In this document: in pieces, positions 27,739 through 40,520 of the stretch
Layout of the letters: every line of letters starts with the position of its first letter
Numbering within the stretch: the first letter of the stretch is position 1
From: Vicugna vicugna
Taxonomy: Eukaryota
Assembly: GCA_013265495.1 (NCBI GenBank)
Contig: MU058844.1
Span: forward strand, 7,439,260 to 7,503,259
Length of the DNA stretch: 64,000 bases
Reading direction: 5' to 3'
Translations under genes and position numbers: made by a program
Notes under the pieces: model-generated
Seen by the model: the letters and a program-made list of their open reading frames with translations, nothing else
What the model was told of the DNA's origin: nothing
The model's database searches: none

Positions 27739-28363
27739 CTAGATTCCACATATGAGTGATATTATATGGTATTTTTCTTTCTCTTTCTGGCTTACTTCAC
27801 TTAGAATGACAGTCTCTAGGTCCATCCATGTTGCTGCTAATGGCATTATTTTATTCTTTTTTATGGCTGAGTAGTATTCCTTTGTATAAATATACCACAA
27901 TTTTATCCAGTCATCTGTCAATGGACATTTAGGTTGCTTCAATATCTTGGCTACTGTATATAGCGCTGTTATGAACATTGGGGTGCATGTATCTTTTTAA
28001 ACTATATTTCTGTCCAGATATATACCCAGGAGTGGGATTGCTGGATCATATTGTTAGTGTATTTTTAGTTTTTTGAGGACTCTCCAAACTGTTTTCCATA
28101 ATAGCTGCACCAAACTACATTCCCACTAGCAGTGTAGGAGGATTCCCTTTCTCCACACCCTCTCCAGCATTTATCATTTGTGGACTTTTGAATGATGTCC
28201 ATTCTGACTGGTGTGAGGTGATACCTCATTGTAGTTTTGATTTGCATTTCTCTGATAATTGGTGATTTTGAGCATTTTTTCATGTGCATATTGGCCATTA
28301 GTATGTCTTCATTGAAAAATCGCCTATTTAAGTCTTCTGCCCATATTTGGATTGGGTTGTTTG
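27739..28363 (-). pseudogene. Disrupted L1 ORF2 C-terminal remnant
   Basis: Peptides '[22 protein letters not shown]...KCWRGCGE' and 'MFITALYTVAK..KQPKCP...EYYSAIKKN...ATWMDLETVILSEVSQ' are classic L1 ORF2p; split across frames. Confidence 0.92.
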
Positions 28364-31300
28364 CTAAAACCCTGTTTTTTTTTTCCTTAGGCCAGAAATA
28401 GGGTAGACACTTTAAAAAAGCGAACTGAATTAAATTAAAATTTTGATACAAGAAATGTGTGATAAAAGATATAAATGAAGCATATTTACCTTCCATTAAA
28501 CTGTCCTTCAAGTAAATAAATTATAATATTCCTTCAGCCCATCTCAATCCCATAACTTCTTTAACAGTTTTTAAAAATATGTGATATGGGATCACTCTCT
28601 TTAATCTTCACTTATTTATTCAAAAAATTATCAAACTACTATTACATGCCTGCCATTTTATTATGGATTCAGTGGGGGAATGTTGTCTTTTGGGGACCTA
28701 CATCAAGTAAGGGAAAGAAACAAGAAGCAATTTAAAATAAACAAACCAGAAAGCTTGAGCTACAGTGGTCAAGGAAGACTTACTCCTTTTTATTGTCTAA
28801 AATTAATTATCAAACTACTAAACTAACCAAATATGCTTTTCAACTTCTAAGGGATGATGTGCATTTTTTTTAAAGAGGAAAGGTTTTGAATGCATAAAGT
28901 CTAAAATCATCCCATAAAATCTGTTTAATAATTTAGATAGAAAGTGAACTGTATAGTTCATCTTGTTCAATCATTTCTTTTTGAAAATGAGGTAACAGGA
29001 TTCCTCAATAGTTAAGACTTGTTGGGAATTACACATTGACAACCGGGACTAAAAGCCCAGTGTCGTGTATTATGGGCTAATGTTTATTCTGTGATACAAC
29101 AGAGCCCTTGTGTAAGATCTTAATGAGTTGGGGAGTTCTGAACGGAAATTGGGCTTTTGGTCGAATGAAAATCAAAGAAAAAAATGAGTAAAAATAATTT
29201 TGCCTTGGCTTTTCCTTGTATTCCTTTAGGTGTCTTGGGAATTATTTTTAGAACCCTTGTGCTTCCCTTGTGTACTTGGAGTTCCAAAGAGCATGGCCTG
29301 GGATTTACTACATTGGAAATGGTGTCTTAGAGAAAAAAGTTAGCGCCGTTAAATTACAGGAAAGGAAAAATAGAAATTACTTTAAAGTCATATAATCCAC
29401 TGCACTCTTTTATGTATAAGAAAAGCAAGACCCAGAGAGAGAAGAAAATGAATGATCCTCTACAAATTTAGTCTAACTCTATGGACTTTTCTAAGTGCCT
29501 TTATTGTGACAAACATAGTCCAATGTTTGATGTAAATAGATACTTAACAAATGTTGAAAAATGGATGGACAATTGAATGTTAGAATGATAAAAAAATTTC
29601 ATTAAAAGTTAACATTTAAAAATGAAAATGATCAAAAATTGTATGTATTATAGTGTCTCAGAGGGGTTCTTATCTGAAGTACAGAGAATTATTTAATAAT
29701 TCTTATAGAATTATTTTCTGTTATTCTTTGTTTCATATTATCCCATTCTCCTTTTGGGTTTATATAAACTTTGTTCAATGTAAGTTTTTATAGGACTCAT
29801 GTCTAGTATAAATATATGTGCAATGATTAACCTTAACCATTTCTTGATTTTCTACCATGTATTCTGTTCCTAAGCCACTACTACGTTTACATACTCTTAT
29901 TTGATAGAAACCTTCCCTAATATAGGATATATAAGTGTAAGGGAAGAAATGTAAACCTTTTGTTGATTTAATATTCAACATGGGGATTAATGAAAGTCAT
30001 AAGTTAGAATGGATTTTGGGCAAAAAAAACTGTTCCTATGTTCTGAATTTCCATATATATATAGACACATATGCATATATCCATACACATGCACATATAC
30101 TTTATGCATACAAATTTCACCATATCTAACTATTTTGGATGATAGTTCTTTCAACTGGTTTGGTTTAAGAAAATTGTGATTTAAGTGTTGTCGGAATAAT
30201 GAAGTTTGTTTTAAAAAAGAGCACAGTAAGAACACTGGAGACCAAAAAAATAAAATAGTCATTCTGTTGGATAAAAACTGCACAAAGATATTTGGTAATT
30301 TTAGATAATAATGACCTTAATAAAACATTTTAGGACTGAGTTTCCTGAGTAAATTTGTAATCCATAGTGTTTTCCTTCCAATGTTGGTGCTGGCCAAGTG
30401 GTTTCAAGGGTTATTAGAAATAGCAGCAAAACACAAAAACAAAAGTCAACAAAAACTTCCTGTGTCAGGGCTCTTGCCTGGCTTTGCCTTAAATGTATGA
30501 ACATATGAAGAGAAAATGAGGGGCACAGCTTAAGTATAGTCAATAAAAGTTCGAAGATTTGACAGTAGGACAAAGAGATGTCTCTCAAGTATCCTTCTTG
30601 GTTTTTCATGAATGTTATTAAGAGCCAAAGCAGAGTCAAGGAGATAAGGAGAAAGCATGACCGCTGCAGCCTGAGAGAAACATAGGTTTTACATGAGATG
30701 TAAAGGAGTACACAAAAGCAGGCAAAGCAGGGAAGTGAGCCTAATGACACTCAGGGAGTAAGCGATAAAGCAGAGTATGGCAGAAATTTAACACATGAAA
30801 GAATAAACCTTGGCAACTTCGCCTCCACTCCCCACACTGTCATGTTGCCAGTGAACGTTTGCACACCTCATGGCTTTGCGAACAGGTTTTAGTAAGAATT
30901 CCATGAACTTCAAAAATAGATAAAGATGGTTAAGGTAGAGTGTATGGTAACAAATCAAGGCAAATATGTTTAGGAAAAAAGATAGATTTACTTACACATT
31001 CTGGCCTTGTAAGGGTGTGGGACGCTCCTGCCAAACCTTGTTTTAAAATTAATTAGAGAAATATTTCTTTTGAATTTAAATAAGATGCATCAGAAAAGCC
31101 AGTATGTTCCAGTTATGCTGCTAGTCAAACTGGGGTGGCTTTGATGTGGCATTTTGTGGCTTTTGAAAATGCAGTGAAATAAGTGCACATTTACAAACGT
31201 TGTATAAATAGCTCAACGAAGCACAGTTGAAAAGACTATTTAAAAGAAAAGAGACAACAAAAACCCCTGATGTTGCACAACTGACATGCTGATTTAACGC

Positions 31301-32229
31301 TCCTGACAGCTCTTAGAACCTGTTAACGTTGCCACTTTATCTTAGCTTTCCTCGGAGTGGGTGTATGGTATCAGCTGTGTGTTGTGGCCTGATGATGAAA
31401 ACTATGATAGGTTTGGAGGGCTCTTAAAGGATGTATCTAATCTTTATTGTCTTAAAAAAATAGTCTAAGGCAAGTGGGAAAAAGACATATGGTAACTCCA
31501 AACCACAAGGGAAATTATACTTCTTTATATGAAGCATTCCCACCAGAAAAAAAGGGGAACCCTTCTGTTTATCATTATATTTTATGAGGTAACTTCAATG
31601 AAATCATGGAAGCATTATCACATGAACAGCAAAGGATAAAATCTCTTTTGCCAAGGCCCTCAAAGGAGAGGAAATTTGGAATACAGCACAATTGGAACTT
31701 ATTTTCCACACTGCAAATGAGGTTCAAGATGTGGTATGGGTGAATGGCAGAGGGTTTCTTGCCAGCAAAGAGGATGGTCAACATTTTCAAAGCTTCTATG
31801 TTGGATATGAGGGTATATTTTACAGGCCCAATTCAGGAACTAAAATGTACTTTTAATACAGTTTACGTTGATATTTTATGTGGGAAGACTTTGTCTGGGT
31901 TGACTCAAATGTTCCAGTGTGTGAAGGAAGTATCAGCAAACATGCACAGGGAACTCACTAAAAAAATTACATGTAGTGATGGTTTTTAGAGGAAAATTGA
32001 TGAAGTCATGGCAAGAGTATTTTCCATCAGATGAAAACTACCAGTTCTGTCTATTCATTTCCTTTGGAAAATAGAAGATCAAAGAAAATATTTTAGTAGA
32101 GTGTTTCCTTTCAAATATAACAAAGACTTTTTTTGCAATAATAATATCTCTTTCTCCTTCGTTCCATATGCTCATTTATTCACTCATCAAATGTGTGCTA
32201 TGTGACAGTCACCGTGCCATAACTATAGT

Positions 32230-32440
32230 AATAGCAGTCAGCATTTATGTACCGTTTATTATGACATTTAGCAGCGTGGATGCTCTATGCCAGTACAGCC
32301 ACAAGAGAAGTGTGAGAGAAGTGCTCACGTTTTACAGCTGAGAAGCATAGCACTTGGCGAGGTTTTGGAAATGATTTTCTTAAGACTTACTATGGAACCA
32401 ATATTTGAATCCAGGACATTGATTCCATAGCCCAAATTTT
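32230..32440 (-). mobile_element. MIR
   Basis: 'atagcagtcagcatttat', 'ttttacagctgagaagca', 'atttgaatccagg'. Confidence 0.6.
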
Positions 32441-32893
32441 GATGACTCCCTTCCCATAAATAACTTGTGTCAGAGAGACAGAGATTATTATTCAGTCATC
32501 AAAAACATAGAACATTTACAGATAACTCACAAGAAAATAAAAGGAAAGTATTTTGAGATCCATACAAAAGGGACATCATAAATTCCACTACTCCAGATTC
32601 ACTTGATTAATTATCATTATTTTTAAAGACAATAAATGGTATTGGGCAATTCACTACATCAATACACTACACGTGCTAAAACAGGTAATTCATTTTCCAC
32701 TTACTTCTGCAGCTGTGCTGAAATGCACACTGCGGTGTGACTGACTCTTCTCTTTGATTTGAGCAGAATTTGTATAACTAGAGCACTTGAATGTCTGCAG
32801 AGCATAAATATTTACCTTTCTCACTTTTTAAGCAAAGAAAGCTATACGTACGTATGTACATAAAAATTGCATTTACCCAGCACCAAAACCAGT

Positions 32894-32993
32894 GTCCATT
32901 GATTGAAATAATTATAAACTAACCAAAAAACCTTTTTGTCAATCAAGTCCCTTGATTGATATAATTATAAAGTAACCAAAAAACCTTTTTGTC
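32894..32993. repeat. Local direct duplication, 2 x 47 bp (44/47 identical), 6-bp spacer
   Basis: 32894-32940 aligned by eye to 32947-32993. Confidence 0.95.
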
Positions 32994-33296
32994 TAATTAC
33001 AGCCATAAAAAATGTTGCACAGGTGGAGTAGTGACTTCATCTGAGAAAGAAAAAAGTATTCAGGATCAAAGTTACCTTAATTATCAGCTATTGTGAGGAG
33101 TTTCATTGAAAGTTCATACATTTTTACCTAGGAAAATTTTTTGTCTCTCTAAATTACCCTTTAACCACTCTCTCTAATTTTAGTACTAAATTTATGTTGG
33201 TTCCCTTAAGATGAGTTGGATTACTGCGTAACTTCTTGTATTTTATGTTTTAGTCCCTGAAAGTTTCGTAGACATGTGTAAGCCTGTCTGGACCTA

Positions 33297-33555
33297 TGTT
33301 GTAGGCAGAATAATGGCCTCTCAAGGATGTTCTTGTCCTAATTCCTGGAACCTGTGAATATGTCACTTTACATGGCCAAGGGGACCTTGCAGGTGTAATT
33401 ACTTTTAAGGACCTTGAGATGTGACAGTATCCTGGATTATCCAGGTGCACCCAACTTTTATCACCTGAGTCCTTAAAAGTAGAAGATAGAAGAGTGGGTC
33501 AGAAATATGTGACTGAGTATGACTGAACCCACTTTCTGTGGCTTTTAAGATGGGT
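33297..33555 (+). mobile_element. MLT1D-like LTR, 5' part
   Basis: 'tgtaggcagaataatggcc...cctaattcctggaacctgtgaatatgt...ccttgagatg...atcctggattatccaggtg'. Confidence 0.88.
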
Positions 33556-33574
33556 ATACAAATACTACAAATAT

Positions 33575-33690
33575 AAAATTAAGGGAAAGAAGCAAGACAC
33601 AGAAGAATATATACAGTGTTCCATTTATTTAATGTTCAAAGCAGCCAAATCTAAAATAGATATTTTAAAAACATATATATAGATGTTGAG
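33575..33690 (+). mobile_element. L1ME-type 3' fragment
   Basis: 'gaaagaagcaagacacagaagaatatatacagtgttccattt...gttcaaa'. Confidence 0.65.
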
Positions 33691-33762
33691 GAATACTGGT
33701 TGCTGGTACTATTTGATGCTACTGCCTTGATTTCATGCTAAGGGGCCAGCTGACTAAGTCAC

Positions 33763-34266
33763 TTTGGTAGCCAGCTTCCAAAGCGACCCTCCGTGCTTCT
33801 CATTTTCTGCTATTAACACCACCCATATTCCCCACTGAATATGGGATGAAGTCTAAGACAGATACGAGATTGTGAAAGTGATGGCGTGCCTCTTTGGAGG
33901 TTAGATCGTAAAAGGCTCTCACATTTCTAGCTGGTACTCTTGGAGGAAATGAGTGCCATGTTATGTGGACAATCAAACAGCCCTGTGGAGAAGCCCACAA
34001 GGGAAGGACTGAGGTCTCCAATCAGTAGCCAGCACCATCTTACTGGCCATGTGTGTGAGACATTTTTTAAAGAGGATCCCCCAGTCTGAATTGCGCCTTC
34101 ATAGTACTTAGCCCTGCCCAACATCTGACCGCATTTCATAAGGAACTGGCCAGAACTTCCCAGCCACACTCTCAAATTCCTGACCCACCAAACTGTAAGA
34201 AGAAAAGCAATTGTTTTATTAAGCCACTAAGCTCTGGGATGGTCTGTTACACAGTAGCTAACATAT
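33763..34266 (+). mobile_element. MLT1F-like LTR
   Basis: 'tggtagccagcttccaaa', 'cagccctgtggagaagcccac..ggaaggactgagg', 'aaattcctgacccacc', 'aagccactaagctctggg...tgttacacag'. Confidence 0.85.
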
Positions 34267-34269
34267 TCA

Positions 34270-34415
34270 CCATCACTTAAGCACCATCAGTGCAAATGTC
34301 AACGCAAAGAAAATTACAAATCTCATTAGTATTATGAAAATAATTTTAGCTTTGAAAACCTGTGAAAGGTTCTTGGAGACCTTTAAGGTCTGCAAACCAC
34401 AGGGTGAGAAATTCT
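34270..34415. mobile_element. Charlie1-like hAT terminal fragment
   Basis: 'tgcaaatgtcaac...ttagtattatgaaaataatttt...gaaaggttcttggagacc...accacagggtgagaa'. Confidence 0.65.
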
Positions 34416-34749
34416 TTTCTGACATATTAACTATTATTATGTTTATTATTATTTGGATCTATGTAACATACTTAAATATTCCCCCATTGATAGGCATTTA
34501 TACTTTTTCCAAAGTCTTCCAGACAATGTTATAACTTTTCTTATATTTATTTTTTTAATATTCTTAACATAAAATTGTGGTTCCCAAACATTTGATTTGT
34601 TTGATTCTTAGCATCTTCTAAGTATTAAAAATACCACAACAAAAAACCTATCACAATTTGCATTGTTAGATATGTTGAATCAGTTTGAGATGGGCAACTA
34701 CAGACAGAGAGGGAAAAGGAGAGACAGTGAAAGAAAAAATGCTATGTTG

Positions 34750-34930
34750 ATTCAGCTATGTACAGATGACAGCAGACAAGTTTCCAAATTTAGTTCAGTT
34801 AGTTATTGGCTGTTTCCATTTGGACAAATTTCTCTAAGTTTTAGTTGCTTCATCTGTGAAACAGGAAAAATAGTAATTCTCAATAGCTTGGATTGTGTAG
34901 GTTTTAAATGTCTTAATCCAATGCCTGCAA
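34750..34930 (+). mobile_element. MIR
   Basis: 'tggacaaatttctctaagttttagttgcttcatctgtgaaacaggaaaaatagtaa'. Confidence 0.6.
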
Positions 34931-37089
34931 GTACCTGTGACAGTGTTTGGAAGAGAAGAAATGTAATAACTGCACATAAATTACCTCCTTAATCGTCACA
35001 CAAGCCTTCACGATATGAATCCTTCTTGTAGTTTTACACCCAGTATGGGTCCTTACTGGGTCAGATGGGATGCAGGGTCTGGTTTTACTGAAGTCCCAGT
35101 GGACTGATGCCACTGGGTATCAATTCACCCGAACTGATTTTCCATAGGATGGAGGCCTGTAAAGGGGAGGAATAATGGTAGAACACAGGGACAAGTAGTC
35201 CTACAGAGGGCACTAGCCAGAACCCCGCTGACGTCATGTTTTATCTGGAATTATATCAAATCATGAGAAGACTAGAGGGCAAAGAATATAAGAATTACCT
35301 TCATAAGCACATTTGAGACATTCCTATGGCCTCCAAAAAACTGGGGAGGATTTTGAAACAGAGCTAGCTGTTCTGTAAAGTGTGAGCATGGGCAATTATC
35401 CAGAAAATAATTTCTAGGGAAATACGATACCGCACAGATCAAGAAACAGCAGCTCAGAGTAGAAAAATAATTCATCCAACTATATACAACTCGCAAGTGG
35501 CAGGTTTTCAATCTCATGTCTTTCTGTGTCCCAAGTCTGTGCCCTTAAACGTAATAGCCATGAAAATACCTTACCTCATTATTCAAATACATGTATGTAT
35601 TGTTCAGTAGCATATTTCTGCAGTTGAATACTAGCTTCTTCTTGAGGATTTTGATTTTAAGTGATACTTATATAAAACATGGAACCAGTATAGAATTCTC
35701 ACTCCCAAGATATTTTCTCAGGGATTATTTCAGCATCTCAATCCCTTCTACATACAATTGCCCTCAACCTCACAGCTTCATGGAGTCAAAATTTTCATTG
35801 TGAAGCTCCAGATTCACTTAAGTGCCATCTCCCTGGAGTTTTTAGATTTGTCTTCCATTCTCTGACAAAGAAACCAACAAGAGGAACCTCACATAACATT
35901 AATAAAGATGAGATTATTTGGGAACTTTCATCAAAGCAACTTCAAGCACAAACTAGTTAAATTTAAGGTACAAGCACTGGATATTGATAACAGAGAGATG
36001 AGATTCTGTGAAATTTGGGGACTTGAAGGAATACTGTAAAATTTCAAATCAATTATGGGTATTTTATATCCTATTCTGGGTGATAGCATGATTTTACATA
36101 TAAAATAGTGTTTAAGATGATTTGTAATCAAGCTTATTTTGTTTTATTTGTTAAAACAAATATAGAGCTTTGACAAAGAGCTAAGCTGTCTTTCTCAATA
36201 TAGTAAATTGCCTTCATTTATTAATTTTTATTTCATTTGGTAATCACTTTGATGATGTTCTCAAAGTAAGTATTTCTGCAATATCTGGTCTGGACAGTAG
36301 AATGTTGATTTTTTTGCATAGCTTTAAAATATTTGCAATTATGTAAGGCAACTAATAAAAATATTCTAAAAACACAAGATTTTAAATGTGAAAAAATTGT
36401 GCTTTGTGTTTTCCATGTAAAGTCAAAAGACCAGAAAGGGCATAGAGTTTTTAAACCAACGACCTTTATCATAATGTGTCTTGTAAACTGAATTCCAAAT
36501 AGAACATGCTGGTTGAAAGGCAAAGAAATTACTGTCTTTGAAACACAGGATTCATCAAGTTATAATGTCAACTTAGTAATGAAAATGCTTACCTACATTC
36601 TTGTCAACTGACAGGCTGTCATCACATATTAAAAACTGACAAGGCAGTGATGAATTGGGTTGTTTTTATTATGTCCAAAGCAACTAACCTTCAGAGAAGC
36701 AGAGGGTATTGCTCATCAGTTAAATGTACCATTTCTTAACTTTATAATTGTTTTAAAGAAAAAGAAAATATTTAGATGAACTTATAGACTTCTAAGTAGG
36801 TACAGAAAATAGTTATACATTATTATTAATTTTTTAAAGAACTTAAATGCTAATAACTGAAATTGAACACATATTTCATATGTATACTGAGAATAGAGGA
36901 GAAGTAAAATATAAAGCTTAATTAAAAGCAGATTAATTCCATTCTTTATAAAATATTTCTATAAACTACAAAGTATAAAACATTGTTGGATATTTTAAAA
37001 GTCTAAAATATATTTGGCTGATATGATTGATAACATGATGAAAGAAATTCAAGATGAGACTAATAAAACTTCCAGTGTTCTGGATGTTT

Positions 37090-37640
37090 CCTTCACCACT
37101 TTGATGCTAGATCTCTCAATAGCTATAGCTTATATCCATTTTTAAAATTTGCTTCCTTATAATAGTAAAATATATCTTCCAGTAGCCTCTTAAGAATGGA
37201 TTCATACATAGTAAATTGATAATATGATGTTTTAAAATGTCTCTTTCAACCTTACACTTGGCAAAGTGTAAATCTAAATAGAAATCATTTTCCCTCAGAA
37301 TTCTGCAGGTGTAATTCTGTTGTCTGCCAGCTTTCACCTTTGCTGATGACTGATGCCTTTCTGATTTTTTGACATTTTGTTTATGGTCTTTGACTTTTCC
37401 TTAAATAAAGGATTTTGTATTTCCCATCTTTATACTTCTTGATCCGAGTTCCCATGGAAAATGCCTTGGTGTGGATCCGATGTTTATGTATGTCTGTGTG
37501 TGTGCACACACATGTGGTTCTTTTTAACGTGGAGATGTATGTTGTCTAGTTGTAGGAATATTTTTTTCTACCTTTGATAATTTCCTTCCCTCCATATTTT
37601 TCAGCTCTTATTAAATACTTCTAATATTTATGTATCAAAA
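37090..37640 (-). mobile_element. Old L1 (ORF1-region) fragment
   Basis: T-rich; 'aaatcattttccctcagaattctg', 'ctgccagctttc...tgctgatga', 'tgccttggtgtgg'. Confidence 0.6.
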
Positions 37641-37679
37641 CTGCTAAACAATACTCTTTATTTCTTTTTACTAATACAT

Positions 37680-38680
37680 TTAAAAATCAGGTTTATTATG
37701 ATAGAATTCACATACAGTAAAGTTCACCCTTTTTATGTGCACAGATCTATGAATTTTAACAAATATATAAAGCTGTGATATCATCACTACAATCAGAATA
37801 TAGGGTAATATATCACCTCCAAAATTTCCCTTATACCCCTTTGTAATCAACTGTCTCTTCCCACACTAGACCCTGGCAACCATTAATCTATTTTCTGTCT
37901 CTATAGACATACCTACTGTGGACATTTTATATAAATGGAATCATAGAGTACATGGCCTTTTATGTGTAGCTTCTCTTACTTAGAATAATGCTTTTTAAAT
38001 TCATCAGTATTATTACGTAGTTGACATCTGTGTTTCCTGAGTGGAATTTACTTGAATAGGTATACCACAGTGTGCTATTTGTTCACCAGTTGGTGGACAT
38101 TTCAATTGTTTCCAGTTTGGAGAAATTATGAACAAAGCTGCTATAAACATTCTTACAACATTCTTATACAGGCTATCTGTGGACATGTTTTCCTATCTCT
38201 TGATTAAATTACTAGGAGTGGAGTTGCTGATCATACAACAGGTTTATGTTTAACTTTGAAAGGAACTGCCAAATGATTTCCCAAAGTGCAGCTGTACAAT
38301 TTGCATCCTCAACATCAGTGTATGAGAGTCCTTCCTGCTTAGTACACATTTGTCAGCATTTAATACTTCTGATCTTTTCTTACTTTTTATTTTATTTTCA
38401 ATTTATGTCAGTTTGATTTTATTTTTAGCCATCTGTAGTAGTTTCACAGTGTCGTTTTAATTTTCATTTATCTGATGATTAAAGATATTGAGTTTCCTTC
38501 CATTATTTTTGTGTGCTTATTTACTATTCTTCTATCTTCTTTGGTGAGCTTTCTGTTCAAAGCTTTTTTGCCCCTTTAGAATTGAATTGTTTATTTTCTT
38601 ATTATTGAGTTTTGAGTTTTCTTTATATTGTGGAATTGAGATCTTTACCATATATGGATTTTGCAAAATTTCCTCTGTGC
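37680..38680 (-). mobile_element. L1MB-type 3' end
   Basis: 'tttattatgatagaattcacataca', 'ccctggcaaccattaatctattttctgtctctatag', 'atataaatggaatcata', 'attatgaacaaagctgctataaacatt'. Confidence 0.88.
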
Positions 38681-38685
38681 CCTGC

Positions 38686-38948
38686 TGTGATACTGTGATT
38701 TATAGAAGAAATATATATTTCATCTTTATTTCCATTTCTGGGGCAAAGCTCCTAAAATTCTTGGAATTTCCTAAGTGATGAGAGCAACAAAGGTGTCTTT
38801 TGTTATGTTAATAAGGTGACTTTTGGACCCCACCCAAGGATAGGGGCTGGTTGCCAGGGGAACTAACCCTGTGATTACAGGGTAGGAACTCTAAGTCCTA
38901 CTCTTCTGACATCCAGGCAGGGCACAGCGGCTGGATTTAATCAGTCAT
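38686..38948 (+). mobile_element. MER21-like LTR, 5' part
   Basis: Start 'tgtgatactgtga', 'ctcctaaaattcttggaatttcc', 'ggggctggttgccag'. Confidence 0.75.
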
Positions 38949-39314
38949 CTACTTCTTAATGACTATTTGGACATTAGTAAAAATGATTAAGTTTTCTTTT
39001 TAACTCTGTAAAATAGGAATATTAAAAGCTATCTCTCAAGGTAGGTGTAAAGTTTAAAGAAAAATAAAGTGTGTGTATAATATCTTGCACAGTGCTTGGC
39101 AGTTTAAAATTATACTATCTTTGATTGTTGTTTTTATGTTTGTTTTTGTCACTATTGTTACTATTATTGAGGTCTCCCAAAATTTAGGTTCTTTCTTGCA
39201 AGAGCTTTTCAATATGGAGTCTTATTTTATTATTCCAATTTTATAACAGAAATGAAAAATAAAAACAAAGATTTTCTTAACGCATTCCAAATGAATTGTA
39301 ACTAGCCCTCATAG

Positions 39315-39811
39315 TGTAATAGAGAGGAACAAATCTGACTCCATATTAGATCTGTTCCTTTTACTTTAACCTTTGTTCTCTATTGCTTTTGCTACAAGTT
39401 AAGAATGTTGCCTATAGCCAGAAATATACAGGATAGCCCATTCTCAGGGCGCTAACCTTTAAAGGTGTAACACTTTTCCATTCACATAGAGATAAAAAGT
39501 TGCAGAACAGAGACTAAATTTGTCTTGTTGGAGGTTTACCGGAACAACACGACCTGACCTATGTGGAAGAGCTGCAAGAGCAAAGGATTCCAACATTAAG
39601 AAGTTGGCAGCAACTAACCACACCCCCGCCCCTTTTAGTATAAAAGAACCTGAATTCTGACTTGAGTAAGACAGTTCTCTAGGACATTACTTCCCTGTCT
39701 TTACTGTCTGCTGACTTTCTGAGTAAAGTCATTGTTCCTTGCCCCAACACCTTGTCTCCAGATTTGTTGGCCTGTCATGCAGCAAGCAGAATGAGTTTGG
39801 ACTCGGTAACA
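39315..39811 (+). mobile_element. ERV1 solo LTR, MER41-like (resembles the cetartiodactyl MER41_BT type)
   Basis: TGTAA...TAACA ends; 4-bp TSD atag/atgg; TATAAAA 39639-39645; AGTAAA 39722-39727; start 'aacaaatctgactccatattagatctg' recalled as MER41-like. Confidence 0.8.
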
Positions 39812-39850
39812 ATGGAGCATGTATCATGGGCCAGCTGCTATTCTAAGTGC

Positions 39851-40315
39851 TGAAAGGTGGCAGAATGTGCCCCCCAAAATATGCCACTTTGCCATAAGAA
39901 TTATTTTGCGTCAGGGACACTTAAGAAAGAAGCAGATGCAAGAAGGGCACTCTGATCTTCCCTTTTCTTCCTGAAAACAGGAGATACAAACACCCATGTC
40001 AAAGATGGTCTGTATCAGGAGGGAAAAAACAAACCAAAGCAAAAAACTTCTTCGCTGGAAAGTCAAAGCCAAGAGAATTCTATACAAACAGACCTTATTA
40101 AAATAACTCTTTCTTTCCTTTAGCCTCCCCATTTATTTTAGTCACTTTCCCACAATTGCCTCTCTTTGTTCAATCTAGTATAAAAACGTTTAGGTTTTGC
40201 CACTTGTTTGGGTCTTTTTTTCTTTATGAGCGCTTTTATGTCAGCTAACACATATAAATGTGACAGCTTTACTTCTGTTCATCTCTCTTCTGTCAGTTTA
40301 ATTCTCAGGCTCATT
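39851..40315 (+). mobile_element. MER34-like ERV1 LTR
   Basis: 'tgaaaggtggcagaatgtgccccccaaaatatgccactttgccataagaattatttt', 'gcagatgcaagaag', 'agtataaaa'; 3' end eroded. Confidence 0.8.
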
Positions 40316-40329
40316 TGAAAGAACAAGTT

Positions 40330-40520
40330 TTGGTTTATTTAAATCTGATACTATGGAGGTAAGTACTATGGTTGTCATCACGTTCCCAATTTTTCTCAGG
40401 AAGAAAGAGACTTAAGGATTTGAAATACCTGTCTCAGTGACCCAGGAAGTAACAGGCTTGGTTTTGAACCCAGGAAGACTAGGTCCAGAATCTGTGCAGT
40501 AAGCATTCTGTTATATTGCC
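40330..40520 (-). mobile_element. MIR (continuation of the element split by the LTRs)
   Basis: 'ctatggaggtaagtact...cccaattttt...ttttgaacccagg'. Confidence 0.55.

Larger units (their letters stand above)
27273..28363 (-). mobile_element. 5'-truncated L1 (~1.1 kb) with tail expanded into (TTTC)n/(TTCC)n
   Basis: 3' end 'ttttattgaagtatag'; ORF2 C-terminal peptides in ORF track; TSD ctaaaaccct at 27263-27272 and 28364-28373. Confidence 0.95.

Noticed and set aside
30301..30750. 149-aa ORF as a membrane protein
   Set aside because: Hydrophobicity follows from the T-rich strand; GTG start; no recognisable homology.
39315..40315. Provirus with two LTRs
   Set aside because: The LTRs are unrelated in sequence, with no primer-binding site or gag/pol between them.
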